Positions 9,991-19,859 are shown, numbered from the stretch's first letter. The stretch is 64,000 nucleotides of DNA from an uncultured Verrucomicrobiae bacterium (GCA_963806855.1 CAWDYW010000001.1:768001-832000), one strand, 5' to 3'. Notes: generated from the sequence alone by a model not told the origin. Program-made: numbers and translations.

Positions 9991-11628
9991 ATGAGAAAAA
10001 AAATATTATTTTTGCTTCTTTTATGTAACAGTATTTGTGCGTCGAGTTTCTTTGAGCTAAAAACTTACTTGGAACATCAATTGTCATATTATCAAGTAAA
10101 TGATCAATGCTCATTGGTGGACAGCCATGCATGGATTGCCGATTCCTTAAATAACAATTTGCCTGTTCCATGCTCTGTGTTTCATGACATTTCCTTTCGT
10201 GTTACCTTGTATCGAAAATTTGAAAAACAGCTTACAAAGGAAGCTGCGCGTCAATTTGCCACCCTTAAAGATGAAATCATGTCTGATGCTTATACCTATT
10301 CGAGGTCGGCGAAAGATGAAATCAGACAGCTATCTGATAGACTCTTTTATTATTTGTCCAGGGGAGCTGAAATTAATAGATACCCACAACGTTTTGAAAT
10401 AAAGGAAATGCTTCTTGGATTAAAAAAACTGTCTCCGGATGGGCAGGCAGTGGTGCAAAAAATGGAAGATTTATTTTCCAGATTGAGTTTTTTGTATAGA
10501 GAACTAAGAAAACCGATCGAGATAATAAACCAGCTACAAGCGATTAATTATCTCGCTTCTTTGAACATAAAAACGATTCAAGATATCACTCTTTCCCATA
10601 TTCGGAAGATGAATGCTATTTTTTTAAAAAACATTTTAAACGATGGCGGAATTTTTAGAAGCGGGCCGTGTCATGTTGAAGGATATGTGAGTATCAATTC
10701 AGCCCCTGAAGAGGTGACAAATAACATGAAAGAATTGATCGGTTGGTTATCGGCCCATCAAGAAATAAATCCTATAAAATTTGCAGCGGAAGCACACATT
10801 AAGTTTTTAAAGATACATCCATTTGTAGATGGAAACAAAAGAACTGCAATGCTTCTTATGAATCTTATTTTAACGCTCAATGGATATCAACCATTTGTCA
10901 TGCCAAGCTTTCATCCGGACTATCTAGAATATTATCGCATGATAGATAACGCTATTGTGAAACAGAATATTTGCGATTTATACAATATGATAGTTGATCA
11001 ATATACAATGGATAATTTATACAAGATTGATTTTACGACATGTAAAAGAATTGGCATATTCTCCGGAACTTTTGATCCGTTGCATTTAGGTCATGATTTC
11101 GTAATGCGGCAAATCTTAAACGAAAAAAAAGTAGATTATATCATCATAATTCCAAATGATAATAATAAATCGAAAATTTTTAAAACAGATTTAGAGCTAC
11201 GAAGAGCGATGGTTTATTCTGTGTATAAAAACTCAGATTCGACACATATTATTTCAGTCTATTGGGGCCGTGATGAAATTATAAAGTATCTCAGAAAGCT
11301 AAATTCTTCAATTAAAATTGTTGGGATCAAAGGATCTGATAATTCTGCAGCCTGGAATGATCAAGTATGTGCTAAAATGTACGATGATATTGAGGAATGG
11401 ATTATAGCAATGAGAGATGATGGACATGGTATGCATGATGTTCAAGTTTTTGGAAAACCGACTTCATATATTTATCCTCAAAAAAAAATTAGCTCCACTG
11501 AAGTGAGAGAAAAATTAAACAAAGAGCATGTGAATTGGGATGATTTGCCATTACATAAAGAGGTGATTGATTATATAAGAAGAACAAATCTTTATCGCGG
11601 CCGATCAACTCTCCAAATCGTAGATTAA
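9991..11628 (+). CDS. Signal peptide + Fic/Doc domain + NadD-like (HIGH-family) nucleotidyltransferase fusion
   Basis: MRKKILFLLLLCNSICA; HPFVDGNKRTA; IGIFSGTFDPLHLGH and ISSTEVR...EVIDYIRRTNLY. Confidence 0.8.
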   Translation: MRKKILFLLLLCNSICASSFFELKTYLEHQLSYYQVNDQCSLVDSHAWIADSLNNNLPVPCSVFHDISFRVTLYRKFEKQLTKEAARQFATLKDEIMSDAYTYSRSAKDEIRQLSDRLFYYLSRGAEINRYPQRFEIKEMLLGLKKLSPDGQAVVQKMEDLFSRLSFLYRELRKPIEIINQLQAINYLASLNIKTIQDITLSHIRKMNAIFLKNILNDGGIFRSGPCHVEGYVSINSAPEEVTNNMKELIGWLSAHQEINPIKFAAEAHIKFLKIHPFVDGNKRTAMLLMNLILTLNGYQPFVMPSFHPDYLEYYRMIDNAIVKQNICDLYNMIVDQYTMDNLYKIDFTTCKRIGIFSGTFDPLHLGHDFVMRQILNEKKVDYIIIIPNDNNKSKIFKTDLELRRAMVYSVYKNSDSTHIISVYWGRDEIIKYLRKLNSSIKIVGIKGSDNSAAWNDQVCAKMYDDIEEWIIAMRDDGHGMHDVQVFGKPTSYIYPQKKISSTEVREKLNKEHVNWDDLPLHKEVIDYIRRTNLYRGRSTLQIVD

Positions 11629-11664
11629 AAATATCAATGAAAAGCCTTTCAAGTGGAAGTACTA

Positions 11665-11679
11665 TATACCCCGACTCGC
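11665..11679. repeat. Truncated end of TATACC-family element
   Basis: TATACCCCGACTCGC, identical to the first 15 bp of the 9761 element. Confidence 0.7.
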
Positions 11680-11848
11680 GCCTTGTTCGTAAGCAATGTC
11701 GCTCTTGTCCTTGTTTACTTCCGGTTCCTCAAATTATTTCGGTATAGAAAAAAATTGCAGTAATTGACGTGCATGTGATAGATGGTAAAATAAAAGCTTA
11801 CATACACAGTGAGTGGAATAAGTTAAGCTCTTAAAATAGGAATAAGTT

Positions 11849-12616
11849 ATGAAAAAAAAATTTGAATATTTGATGGTTTCATCGCTAGTGGCAGTTGTTT
11901 TCACTGCCTCAGGATGTCAAAAGAAGCCCGAGTTCGCCAAAGCAGAATTTGAAGGTGGAGCTGGAGGACGAGGATTTGAAGGTGGAGGCGGATTAGAAGG
12001 CGGACGAGGATTTGGAGAAGGCGGACGAGGATATGAAGGCGGACGTGGATTTGAAGGCGGACGTGGATTTGAAGGTGAAGGCGGACGAGGATATGAAGGC
12101 GGACGTGGATTTGAAGGTGAAGGCGGACGAGGATATGAAGGCGGACGTGGATTTGAAGGTGAAGGCGGACGAGGATTTGGAGAAGGCGGACGTATAGGAG
12201 GAGCTCCAACCCCAGCCCCAGCACCGGCGCCGTCTACAGGGAATGCCACAAGGGCACCAGCACCGGCCCCAGCACCAGCGCCGTCTACAAAGAATGCCAC
12301 ACGGGCTCCAGCCCCAGCCCCAGCACCAGCACCAGCGCCGTCTGCAGGGAATGCCACAGCGATTCCAAAACCAGCACCGGCCCCAGCACCAGCACCAGCG
12401 CCGTCTTCAAAGAATGCCACAACGGCTCCAGCGCCGTCTGCAGGGAATGCCACAGCGATTCCAAAACCAGCCCCAGCACCAGCACCGGCCCCAGCTCCTG
12501 CTCCTGCGCCAAAACCAGCACCAGCACCGGCCCCAGCTCCTGCTCCTGCTCCAGCGCCAAAACCAGCCCCAGCACCGGCCCCAGCTCCAGCACAAGGAAA
12601 CTTTGGAAGCGCTTAG
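11849..12616 (+). CDS. Predicted lipoprotein with GGRG(F/Y)EG repeats and Pro-Ala repeats
   Basis: Lipobox FTASG-C; tandem nucleotide repeats about 11950-12595; promoter-like TTGACG...TGgTAAAAT at 11764-11791. Confidence 0.75.
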   Translation: MKKKFEYLMVSSLVAVVFTASGCQKKPEFAKAEFEGGAGGRGFEGGGGLEGGRGFGEGGRGYEGGRGFEGGRGFEGEGGRGYEGGRGFEGEGGRGYEGGRGFEGEGGRGFGEGGRIGGAPTPAPAPAPSTGNATRAPAPAPAPAPSTKNATRAPAPAPAPAPAPSAGNATAIPKPAPAPAPAPAPSSKNATTAPAPSAGNATAIPKPAPAPAPAPAPAPAPKPAPAPAPAPAPAPAPKPAPAPAPAPAQGNFGSA

Positions 12617-12751
12617 GGAAAAATATTGAAGGGATCAAGAAACACGCTTCCATCGGTTTTTATTTGATCCCTTTCCACAGAGCTGAAACGAGCTTAGGAC
12701 TCATTAAAGAGGCGGAGGGGAAGGTGTCATCCATTATTGGCGGACCTCCTC

Positions 12752-12826
12752 CTACCCCCTTCGAATGGCTACTTTTGGAATGATGCCTACAACATGATCC
12801 TCGAAGCAGGAATCTCTCGACTTTAG
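12752..12826 (+). pseudogene. Remnant of a second tenA 3' end
   Basis: 12752-12802 matches 9664-9713 with 4 substitutions and one extra base. Confidence 0.7.
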
Positions 12827-12847
12827 TCGGGAGAGGTTCAATCCATC

Positions 12848-13681
12848 TCAGCAACGGCTGAGAGGTGAAATCATGAAAGGCTCTAGGGATGGCCAATTTC
12901 CATGAACCATGAAATGGCCATTGTCGAAGAGATAGGGTTTGGCCTCGGCGGCATTGGTAAAGCGATCGGGAGAAAAATAAAAATAGATTTGGTCGATGGC
13001 TTCGGGCAAATGGTCGAGAATAGACTCTAGAGAGGGAAGTTTGCGGGCAATTATATCGTAGAGGTGAAGGGTCTTATCTTTGATTTCGAAAGAGAGAATC
13101 GCATCGCTCGAGGGGCTATAGTGGAGCGACCAAAAAGTTGGATAGGTAGCAAACAGGGTATTGTAAGAGGCAATTGTTCCATCATCTTTCACCCACTGGA
13201 CATTGGATGCGGGCTCTCGCTGCTCAAAAGAGCGAATGAATAGAGCATTGTCATGAGGAACTGAGAGCGGTCTTAATGCTTTGGAACCCTTGGGATGAGG
13301 GGTGGGTAGATGGAATCGGTACTCCTGAATGACTTGAAAGGAGAGTCTCTCATAAAATTGGGGAATTTCGGTGAATAGAACGACAAATTCTGCCCGATCT
13401 TTGGCCCAAGTGAGCACCTGCCGAATCAGTTCTAAGCCTAAGCCTTGGCCTCGGTGACTTGCCTTCGTGCAAATGGCGTGGAGAGCACCCACTTGATGCT
13501 CGCGGCCATCAATGAGCATCGGATATTCCAAATACCCTACATGAGCGAGGATTTCTCCACGCTCTTCCTTGAGAAAAGTGCGGCTCGCCCAGGGGAATCC
13601 AAGGGCCTCGCAACGGGCGATGTTGCGCTTCATCCCAGGGAAGGACTCCTCAAGCAAATTAAAATATGGTCTCTTTTCCAT
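12848..13681 (-). CDS. GNAT family N-acetyltransferase
   Basis: LHAICTKASHRGQGLG motif A, FYERLSF. Confidence 0.85.
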   Translation of the reverse strand: MEKRPYFNLLEESFPGMKRNIARCEALGFPWASRTFLKEERGEILAHVGYLEYPMLIDGREHQVGALHAICTKASHRGQGLGLELIRQVLTWAKDRAEFVVLFTEIPQFYERLSFQVIQEYRFHLPTPHPKGSKALRPLSVPHDNALFIRSFEQREPASNVQWVKDDGTIASYNTLFATYPTFWSLHYSPSSDAILSFEIKDKTLHLYDIIARKLPSLESILDHLPEAIDQIYFYFSPDRFTNAAEAKPYLFDNGHFMVHGNWPSLEPFMISPLSRC

Positions 13682-13737
13682 TTCTGGATGAGTATAAGTT
13701 GTTGTCGAATTAATTTGGTTAATTTATATGAAGTATT

Positions 13738-14184
13738 ATGGAATACGATCGGATAATAGAAGGGATTAAGGGGAAATATGCTCTTGAATTGGGAGATTGG
13801 CACTCGGGTGGCAAAATCTGCTTTAAGATCAACAATCAATATGAGATTTGTATGGCTCGCTCACCCTATGAAAGTGCCTTTTTTCTATCTGCGCCAATCT
13901 ATCAATTAACTCCCAATACTTCGAGAGAGTTTTACAGAAATTTGCTCGCTTATAATTTGTACGGCAATAAAACCGGGAATGGGTTCTTAAGCCTCGACAC
14001 GAGTACAGATACGGTGATTCTAATGGAAAAATTCGATGAAGAGGAAGGGGATTTTATCCTTTTTGATAAAAAATTGAAACAATTCCTCACGACCCTGATC
14101 GATCTAAAGAAAAGGATCAGTATGCTCGAATTTCATCTACCTGCAAAGAAAAGATCGCTGGAAACACCCGGACAAAAAATATGA
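13738..14184 (+). CDS. Type III secretion chaperone (CesT/class I family)
   Basis: 148 aa; LLAYNLYGNKTGNGFLSLD motif followed by amphipathic C-terminal helix. Confidence 0.7.
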   Translation: MEYDRIIEGIKGKYALELGDWHSGGKICFKINNQYEICMARSPYESAFFLSAPIYQLTPNTSREFYRNLLAYNLYGNKTGNGFLSLDTSTDTVILMEKFDEEEGDFILFDKKLKQFLTTLIDLKKRISMLEFHLPAKKRSLETPGQKI

Positions 14185-15458
14185 AGCCAGTTGAGCCCGG
14201 TTCGCCTAAGCCCATTCATGCTCCTCAAGAGAAGGGGGAATTGGAATTCTCAAAGGTAGAAGGGGGAGCTGCTGCAGAGATCGAACCTCCTCCAAGCACC
14301 AAGGAATTGCCGATCACCTCCGTTCAGCCTGCAAAGAGCAGCGAGCCGCTTGAGCGGTCCTATGAACAAGTTGTTAAAGATATGCGACAAGCTTCTTCTG
14401 CAGCGCTACTTGAGCCCGATTGTGATATCGTTCAAGTACAAACAGAGATTTCGAATAGCTTTGGACTTTTAATGGGAGAACTTGCGAAAAAAGCGGAAGC
14501 CAAACTTGGTCCGCCGCCGACCCCTTACGCCATAGTGGGGCTTGGCTCTCTGAGCCGCAATGAAGCAAGCCCCTATTCAGATCTCGATTTTGCGATCTTA
14601 ATAAGGGACGATTCGGAGCAAACTCGGGCGTATTTTCAAAAGCTGAATACCGAAATGAGTCAGCTGGTCCTTGGATTGAAAGAGAGCCAAATCGCGACGC
14701 GTGGAATTGCCTATTGCGTCGGGGGACTGAACCCACCCTATATTGCAAAGGGGCAGAAACTGGGAAGCGTTGCTCTTCTCGATACCCCAAAAAAACTTGC
14801 CCTTTGGAGCGGTCCTGATCTTCCGGAGGATTTTGATCGAAGAGCGAATCAAGCTTCCTTTCTTGCTCTTACTGTTGCGACCTTGCAGATCTCCCTCCTC
14901 TGCGGCGATGAATCGCTAGTTCAAGAATGTAAGATGGAGCAAAGGAAGATTTTAGATGGGGCGATTCCTGAGGATCATAAAACAGAAAGCCAGGGACATT
15001 TGACGGCTGTTAGACAACAAAAAGCGCTGAAGTTCATGGCGAACAAAGAGGTTCTAAAATTAGGGGCAACCGGAACTAATTTTGACCTTAAAAGGAAAAT
15101 CGTACGGCCCATTCAAGAAATGGTCGGTTTGTTAAGTTTATTTTATGGTATTGAAGAGCAAAATACACTAAAGGCAATTGACGAGCTGACTTTAAAAAAA
15201 ATAATTGATCCTGAAATTGGTGCCGCTATGAAGAATATTTATCAACTTGCTTTTAAGATTAGAGCTAAAGCCCATCTCCATTATAAAAAAGAAATTGATA
15301 CAGTTGAGCTTAAAGAAGCGGGGATAGAGGGAGTTATCGATAAGAGTGAAGTAATTAAAATTATGGATATCATTCCAATTATTGATGACATTAAGGGTAA
15401 AATGAAAATTTTTGAAAATAGCAGTGGTAAAATAAATCCATTTAGTAGTAAAATATAA
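14181..15458 (+). CDS. DUF294/GlnD-GlnE-like nucleotidyltransferase, candidate T3SS effector
   Basis: GLGSLSRNEASPYSDLDFAIL (G-x11-D-x-D); FDLKR in substrate-binding region; disordered Pro/Ser/Glu N-terminus; overlaps chaperone stop. Confidence 0.7.
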   Translation: MKPVEPGSPKPIHAPQEKGELEFSKVEGGAAAEIEPPPSTKELPITSVQPAKSSEPLERSYEQVVKDMRQASSAALLEPDCDIVQVQTEISNSFGLLMGELAKKAEAKLGPPPTPYAIVGLGSLSRNEASPYSDLDFAILIRDDSEQTRAYFQKLNTEMSQLVLGLKESQIATRGIAYCVGGLNPPYIAKGQKLGSVALLDTPKKLALWSGPDLPEDFDRRANQASFLALTVATLQISLLCGDESLVQECKMEQRKILDGAIPEDHKTESQGHLTAVRQQKALKFMANKEVLKLGATGTNFDLKRKIVRPIQEMVGLLSLFYGIEEQNTLKAIDELTLKKIIDPEIGAAMKNIYQLAFKIRAKAHLHYKKEIDTVELKEAGIEGVIDKSEVIKIMDIIPIIDDIKGKMKIFENSSGKINPFSSKI

Positions 15459-15475
15459 CTTAATTTGGAGGAAGT

Positions 15476-16003
15476 ATGAGTTCTGCAGTAGCTAATGGTT
15501 GGAATTCCGATTTTCTAGAGAGATGGCAAGGATGCCTATCCAATGAAGTCGAGATTGACAGTATTACAGATCTCAAGAGTTCTCTTGCGAGTGAAATAGC
15601 CTCTAAATTGAAACAAGCAAAGGGGCCAGCCGATTTAGATCAGCTAAAAGATCTTTTGAATCGGGCGATTCAATTGCCGTCACAGAATGGGTCGAAAATC
15701 TGCGAAATTTTTATTCAAGCTACCAAATATCTCTTAGAAGGGGCCACCTTTGTGATCGATGGGTATTTCTATGAAGGAGATATGGGTATCGGCACTCTTC
15801 AGGATAGAATTAAGTCGATCAACGCTCAAATTACAAATCAAAACAATGAAAAAGCTCAAGAAGAATTTGTTCAATTAGTCGGAATGGTCTTTCAGAAGAA
15901 AATCGTACTTTCAAGCTTATTCATCTATCAGCTTCCAAAAGGTTTAGAACCTAAAGTCCAGCAATGGCTAAGTGCTCTAAATCTCATCTGGCAACAAACC
16001 TAA
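15476..16003 (+). CDS. Hypothetical protein, probably co-transcribed with chaperone and NTase
   Basis: 175-aa ORF with GGAGG RBS, 17 bp after previous stop. Confidence 0.6.
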   Translation: MSSAVANGWNSDFLERWQGCLSNEVEIDSITDLKSSLASEIASKLKQAKGPADLDQLKDLLNRAIQLPSQNGSKICEIFIQATKYLLEGATFVIDGYFYEGDMGIGTLQDRIKSINAQITNQNNEKAQEEFVQLVGMVFQKKIVLSSLFIYQLPKGLEPKVQQWLSALNLIWQQT

Positions 16004-16007
16004 TTAG

Positions 16008-16074
16008 AGACCTCTTGCATCACTTAGGTTCAGTCGATTTTCGGGTTCTTTTGAATCGAAAATGCAAGAGGTCT
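16008..16074. repeat. Short element with 13-bp terminal inverted repeats AGACCTCTTGCAT
   Basis: AGACCTCTTGCAT 16008-16020 / ATGCAAGAGGTCT 16062-16074; same end at 32661-32673. Confidence 0.7.
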
Positions 16075-16075
16075 A

Positions 16076-16960
16076 TTATGTCGTCGAGAAGGGGATTGCA
16101 AAGCAGACTCCCAGGATCACAATCAGCGAAAATTTGAACATTCTGCGCGCCCAAATTTCATCATTGGCCGCTTTGAGGCCCTGAAAGGCTAAGATTAGCC
16201 AGCAGAGACTTAGAAGAGCAGTGACGATCAAAAATCCATACCCGGTATAGCCAAAGAAAGTGAGCAGTGAAGCGGAGAGGGCAAATCCAATGATGTATAA
16301 GATCATCTGGATCTTGGTCGCCCGCATGCCTCTTTTGATTGGCAAAATGGGGATGCCGGCCGCTTTATAATCGTCCAGGCGGAAGATCCCAATCGCAAAG
16401 AAATGGGGCATCTGCCAAAGGGCCACTGTGACAAAGAGGATGATCGCTGCCAGATCAAACTGGGAAGAGGCGGCGCAGTAGCCGACGAGTGGGGGTAGGG
16501 CGCCCGATATGCTCCCGATGAGGGTCCCATGGATCGAGTAATACTTCGAAAAGCTGTAGAAGAGCACATAGACGAGGAAACCCGCTAGGGCCAGCGCTGT
16601 CGCCAAGACATTGACAAACAGAAAGAGGCAGGCGGTCCCCATCAGCCCCAAAAGCACCCCAAAGAAGAGAGCCGCTTTGGTGGAAATGAGACCGAGCACC
16701 AGGGGGCGATTTTTCGTCCGGCTCATTTTTTTGTCTGCGTGCCGATCGATGTAATTATTGAAGACGCAGGCTGAGGCAATCACCAGAGTAATGCCAACGA
16801 GGGTCGCCAGGAATAACCAGAGGTTGAATGAACCCTTCGAGGCGAGGGCAAATCCTCCGGCAGTGGTGACCACATTGCCGAAAATGATTCCCGGCTTAGT
16901 GAGGAGCGAGTAATGGCGTGCAGTAAAAGAAAAGGTGGGGGTGGATGTTTTTTCCATCAT
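16076..16960 (-). CDS. cyoE: Protoheme IX farnesyltransferase (heme O synthase)
   Basis: TKPGII, NNYIDRHADKKMSRTKNRP, WQMPHF, DYKAAGIP. Confidence 0.95.
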   Translation of the reverse strand: MMEKTSTPTFSFTARHYSLLTKPGIIFGNVVTTAGGFALASKGSFNLWLFLATLVGITLVIASACVFNNYIDRHADKKMSRTKNRPLVLGLISTKAALFFGVLLGLMGTACLFLFVNVLATALALAGFLVYVLFYSFSKYYSIHGTLIGSISGALPPLVGYCAASSQFDLAAIILFVTVALWQMPHFFAIGIFRLDDYKAAGIPILPIKRGMRATKIQMILYIIGFALSASLLTFFGYTGYGFLIVTALLSLCWLILAFQGLKAANDEIWARRMFKFSLIVILGVCFAIPFSTT

Positions 16961-17298
16961 GTTTGCTCCATTGGCATTTCCATCGGCATCACATTATAGT
17001 TGAGATTGTGCATAATCCAAAGTGATCCGCCGATGATGATGATGATCACAAGAACTACAAAAAGGAAAGTGATGAGATTCCAGCGCGGCTTGTCTTCAAG
17101 ACCGAGATGGAAAAAGAAGATCAGTTGGAGCACCACTTGTACAAAGGCTATTGAAACGATCGTGATATTCAAAAGCGTGTTGGAAAGGTGATGATAGACA
17201 TCTACGCGAAAGGCAGACACAAGGAGAAGCAAAGAGAGGACGAATCCTAGAAAAAGAGGATTTAAACTCCTATTCCATCCATGATGACGATCGATCAT
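16957..17298 (-). CDS. cyoD: Cytochrome bo3 oxidase subunit IV
   Basis: GFVLSLLL, QVVLQLIFFFHL, GSLWIMHNLN. Confidence 0.9.
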   Translation of the reverse strand: MIDRHHGWNRSLNPLFLGFVLSLLLLVSAFRVDVYHHLSNTLLNITIVSIAFVQVVLQLIFFFHLGLEDKPRWNLITFLFVVLVIIIIIGGSLWIMHNLNYNVMPMEMPMEQT

Positions 17299-17906
17299 TT
17301 ATTGACTCCGATTAAATAGACGATTGTGAAAATAAAGATCCAGATGATGTTCAAAAACTGCCAGAACATCTTTAGGCAGATGATCCGTCTCAAATTCACC
17401 AGATTAAAGCCTCTTTTCCAAATAGGTAGCAGCAAAACCGGAATCCAGAGCAGGCCAAAGAGAATATGAACCGCATGCGTGCCGACGAGGGAGAAATAGG
17501 CCGATAAAAAAGCGCTATTTTTCCAGCTATGACCTTGAGAAAGGAGCTGGTGGAATTCAGCGAGCTCCATCCAGAAAAAGGCAGCGCCGACGAGGAAGGT
17601 GATCAATAAAAAGAGGGTGGTCATCTTTTTATTTTCTCGGTGGCAATAAGCGCCAGCAATCCCAATCGTAAAGCTGGCAAGGAGCATGAGAAAGCTCTCA
17701 AAAAAGGCATACTTACGACTGAACAGGTCTTGTGCAGAGGGCCCTCCGAATGTACTATTCATTAGGACCGCGTAAACGGCGAACAGCGTGCCAAATAAAA
17801 TAAAATCGGTCAGAAGATAGAGCCAAAACCCAAAGATTGTCCTGGAATAGGGGTCGTGGTGGGTATCTGGGAAGTGTTCGTGGGTATGCTCTTTAGGGTG
17901 TGTCAT
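17295..17906 (-). CDS. cyoC: Cytochrome bo3 oxidase subunit III
   Basis: FGFWLYLLTD, AFLSAYFSLVGTH, FWQFLNIIW. Confidence 0.92.
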   Translation of the reverse strand: MTHPKEHTHEHFPDTHHDPYSRTIFGFWLYLLTDFILFGTLFAVYAVLMNSTFGGPSAQDLFSRKYAFFESFLMLLASFTIGIAGAYCHRENKKMTTLFLLITFLVGAAFFWMELAEFHQLLSQGHSWKNSAFLSAYFSLVGTHAVHILFGLLWIPVLLLPIWKRGFNLVNLRRIICLKMFWQFLNIIWIFIFTIVYLIGVNK

Positions 17907-19859
17907 GAGCTATCCCCCTTTCCATTTTTTCCACTTCTGCTGCGGTGAGCGTGTACTCAGGCTCTTTTACGTAGAGATGCGCGATGACACAGGCGATGAT
18001 TCCCAAAAGACTCAAAGCCGAGAGCCAGAACATATACCAGATCATCCCAAAGGCCATGAGGAAGCTCAAGACCCCAATGTAGAAGCCGATCGGGGTATTT
18101 TTGGGCATATGGAAATCGTGATATTTATGCTCAAGAGGGAGCTCCCCCCTTGCTTTTGCTACCCAGAAAGCATCTTTTGAATGGACCTCAGGTTCAATGG
18201 CAAAATTGTAGAAGGGGGGAGGCGATTTAGTGGACCATTCGAGCGTTCTTCCGTTCCAAGGATCGCCGGTCGTGTCGAGATTCGCTTTTCGATTTTTGAT
18301 GCTCACAAACAGTTGGAGCATCTGAAAACCAACGCCAGTTAAAATGAGCATCGCCCCGATTCCTGCCACCTTGAAAAGAGGCTGCCACTCCATGACATCG
18401 AAATGATTGAGACGGCGGGTGGCACCCATAAAGCCGAGCAGGTAGAGCGGCATAAAGGCGACAAAAAAGCCGATCAGCCAACACCAAAAAGCATATTTGC
18501 CTAAGCGCTCATTGAGCTTAAACCCGAAGAATTTGGGGAACCAGTAGGTAAAGCCCGAGAAAAAGCCAAAGACCACTCCGCCGATGATCACATTGTGGAA
18601 GTGGGCGACTAAAAAGAGGCTATTGTGAATTTGGAAATCAGCGGCTGGAATTGACATGAGGACCCCTGTCATCCCTCCGAGCGTGAAGGTGACGATGAAT
18701 CCTAAAAACCAATACATCGGGGTTGTGAACTGCACCTTCCCTCTAAACATCGTGAAGAGCCAGTTGAAAATCTTGACCCCGGTGGGGATTGCGATAATCA
18801 TCGTCATGATCCCAAAAAAGGCATTGACATTGGCCCCGGCCCCCATCGTGAAGAAGTGGTGCAGCCACACAATAAACGAGAGGAAAGTGATGGCCATTAA
18901 GGCCCAAACCATCGAGCTTATAGCCAAACAGACGCTTGTGGGAAAAGACCGGAACCACTTCGGAGAAGATCCCAAAAGCGGGTAAAATCAAGAATATAGA
19001 CCTCGGGGTGGCCCCATGCCCAAAATAGATTGATATACATCATCGGATTGCCGCCGAATTCGGGTGTAAAGATGCGGGTATCGAGCAGACGGTCGGTTGT
19101 GAGCAGCGATAATGTTCCAGTCAAGATAGGGAAAGCAAAAACCACAAGTGCCATAGCTGCTAAAGTTGCCCAAACGAAAATCGGCATCTTCATTAGAGAC
19201 ATCCCTCGGCAACGCATCTTCAATATCGTCACAATGAAATTGATTCCCGACAGCAGCGAGCCTGCGCCCGAGACCTGAATACTCCAAATCCAATAATCTA
19301 CACCGACACCCGGATTGTACTTGCTACCAGCTAAAGGAGGATAGGCAGTCCATCCTGTCCCAGCATAATTGCCGATGATCAGGGAAACCATGATAAACAT
19401 CGCGCCGAAAGTAAAGAACCAAAAGCTGAGATTATTGAGGAAAGGGAAAGCGACATCACGCGCGCCGATCTGCATCGGCATCACCAGATTGATGATCCCA
19501 AACATCACCCCCATCCCGACAAAAAAAATCATCGTCACCCCATGAGCCGTGGCAAGCTGTTGAAAGTGGTCGGCCCCAAGGTATCCCATCGAGTCGCCAA
19601 AGGCTGCAGCTTGTTGGGCACGCATCATCAGGGCATCGAATAGCCCCTTCAGCAGCATCACAAAAGAGACCACCAGGTACATGATCCCGATTTTTTTATG
19701 ATCGACCGAAGTGATCCACTCCTTCCAAAGCCATCCCCATTTTTTGTAGCGAGTCAGCATGATAGCCAAGGCAATAGCTCCAAAGACCATCATCGCATCA
19801 GCGGAATACTCAACGAAATCGTGTTTAAAAGCGTCAAGCGTCAGTCTTCCAAACATCAT
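17893..19859 (-). CDS. cyoB: Cytochrome bo3 oxidase subunit I, with two apparent +1 frameshifts (about 18990 and 18920)
   Basis: DHKKIG, WGHPEVY, WLHHFF, AHFH, DPWNGRTLEW spread over three ORFs. Confidence 0.92.

Noticed and set aside
9776..10171. ORFs 9776-10171(-), 9621-9854(-), 55817-56074(+), 57888-58136(-) sharing peptide sequence
   Set aside because: Similarity comes from reading through the palindromic element; not independent genes
11950..12595. Tandem repeats as a CRISPR array
   Set aside because: Repeats are in-frame coding units with no unique spacers, and no cas genes are present
18900..19000. Programmed frameshifting or true split of cyoB
   Set aside because: Two isolated single-base insertions without slippery sites in an otherwise intact operon; sequencing error is more likely
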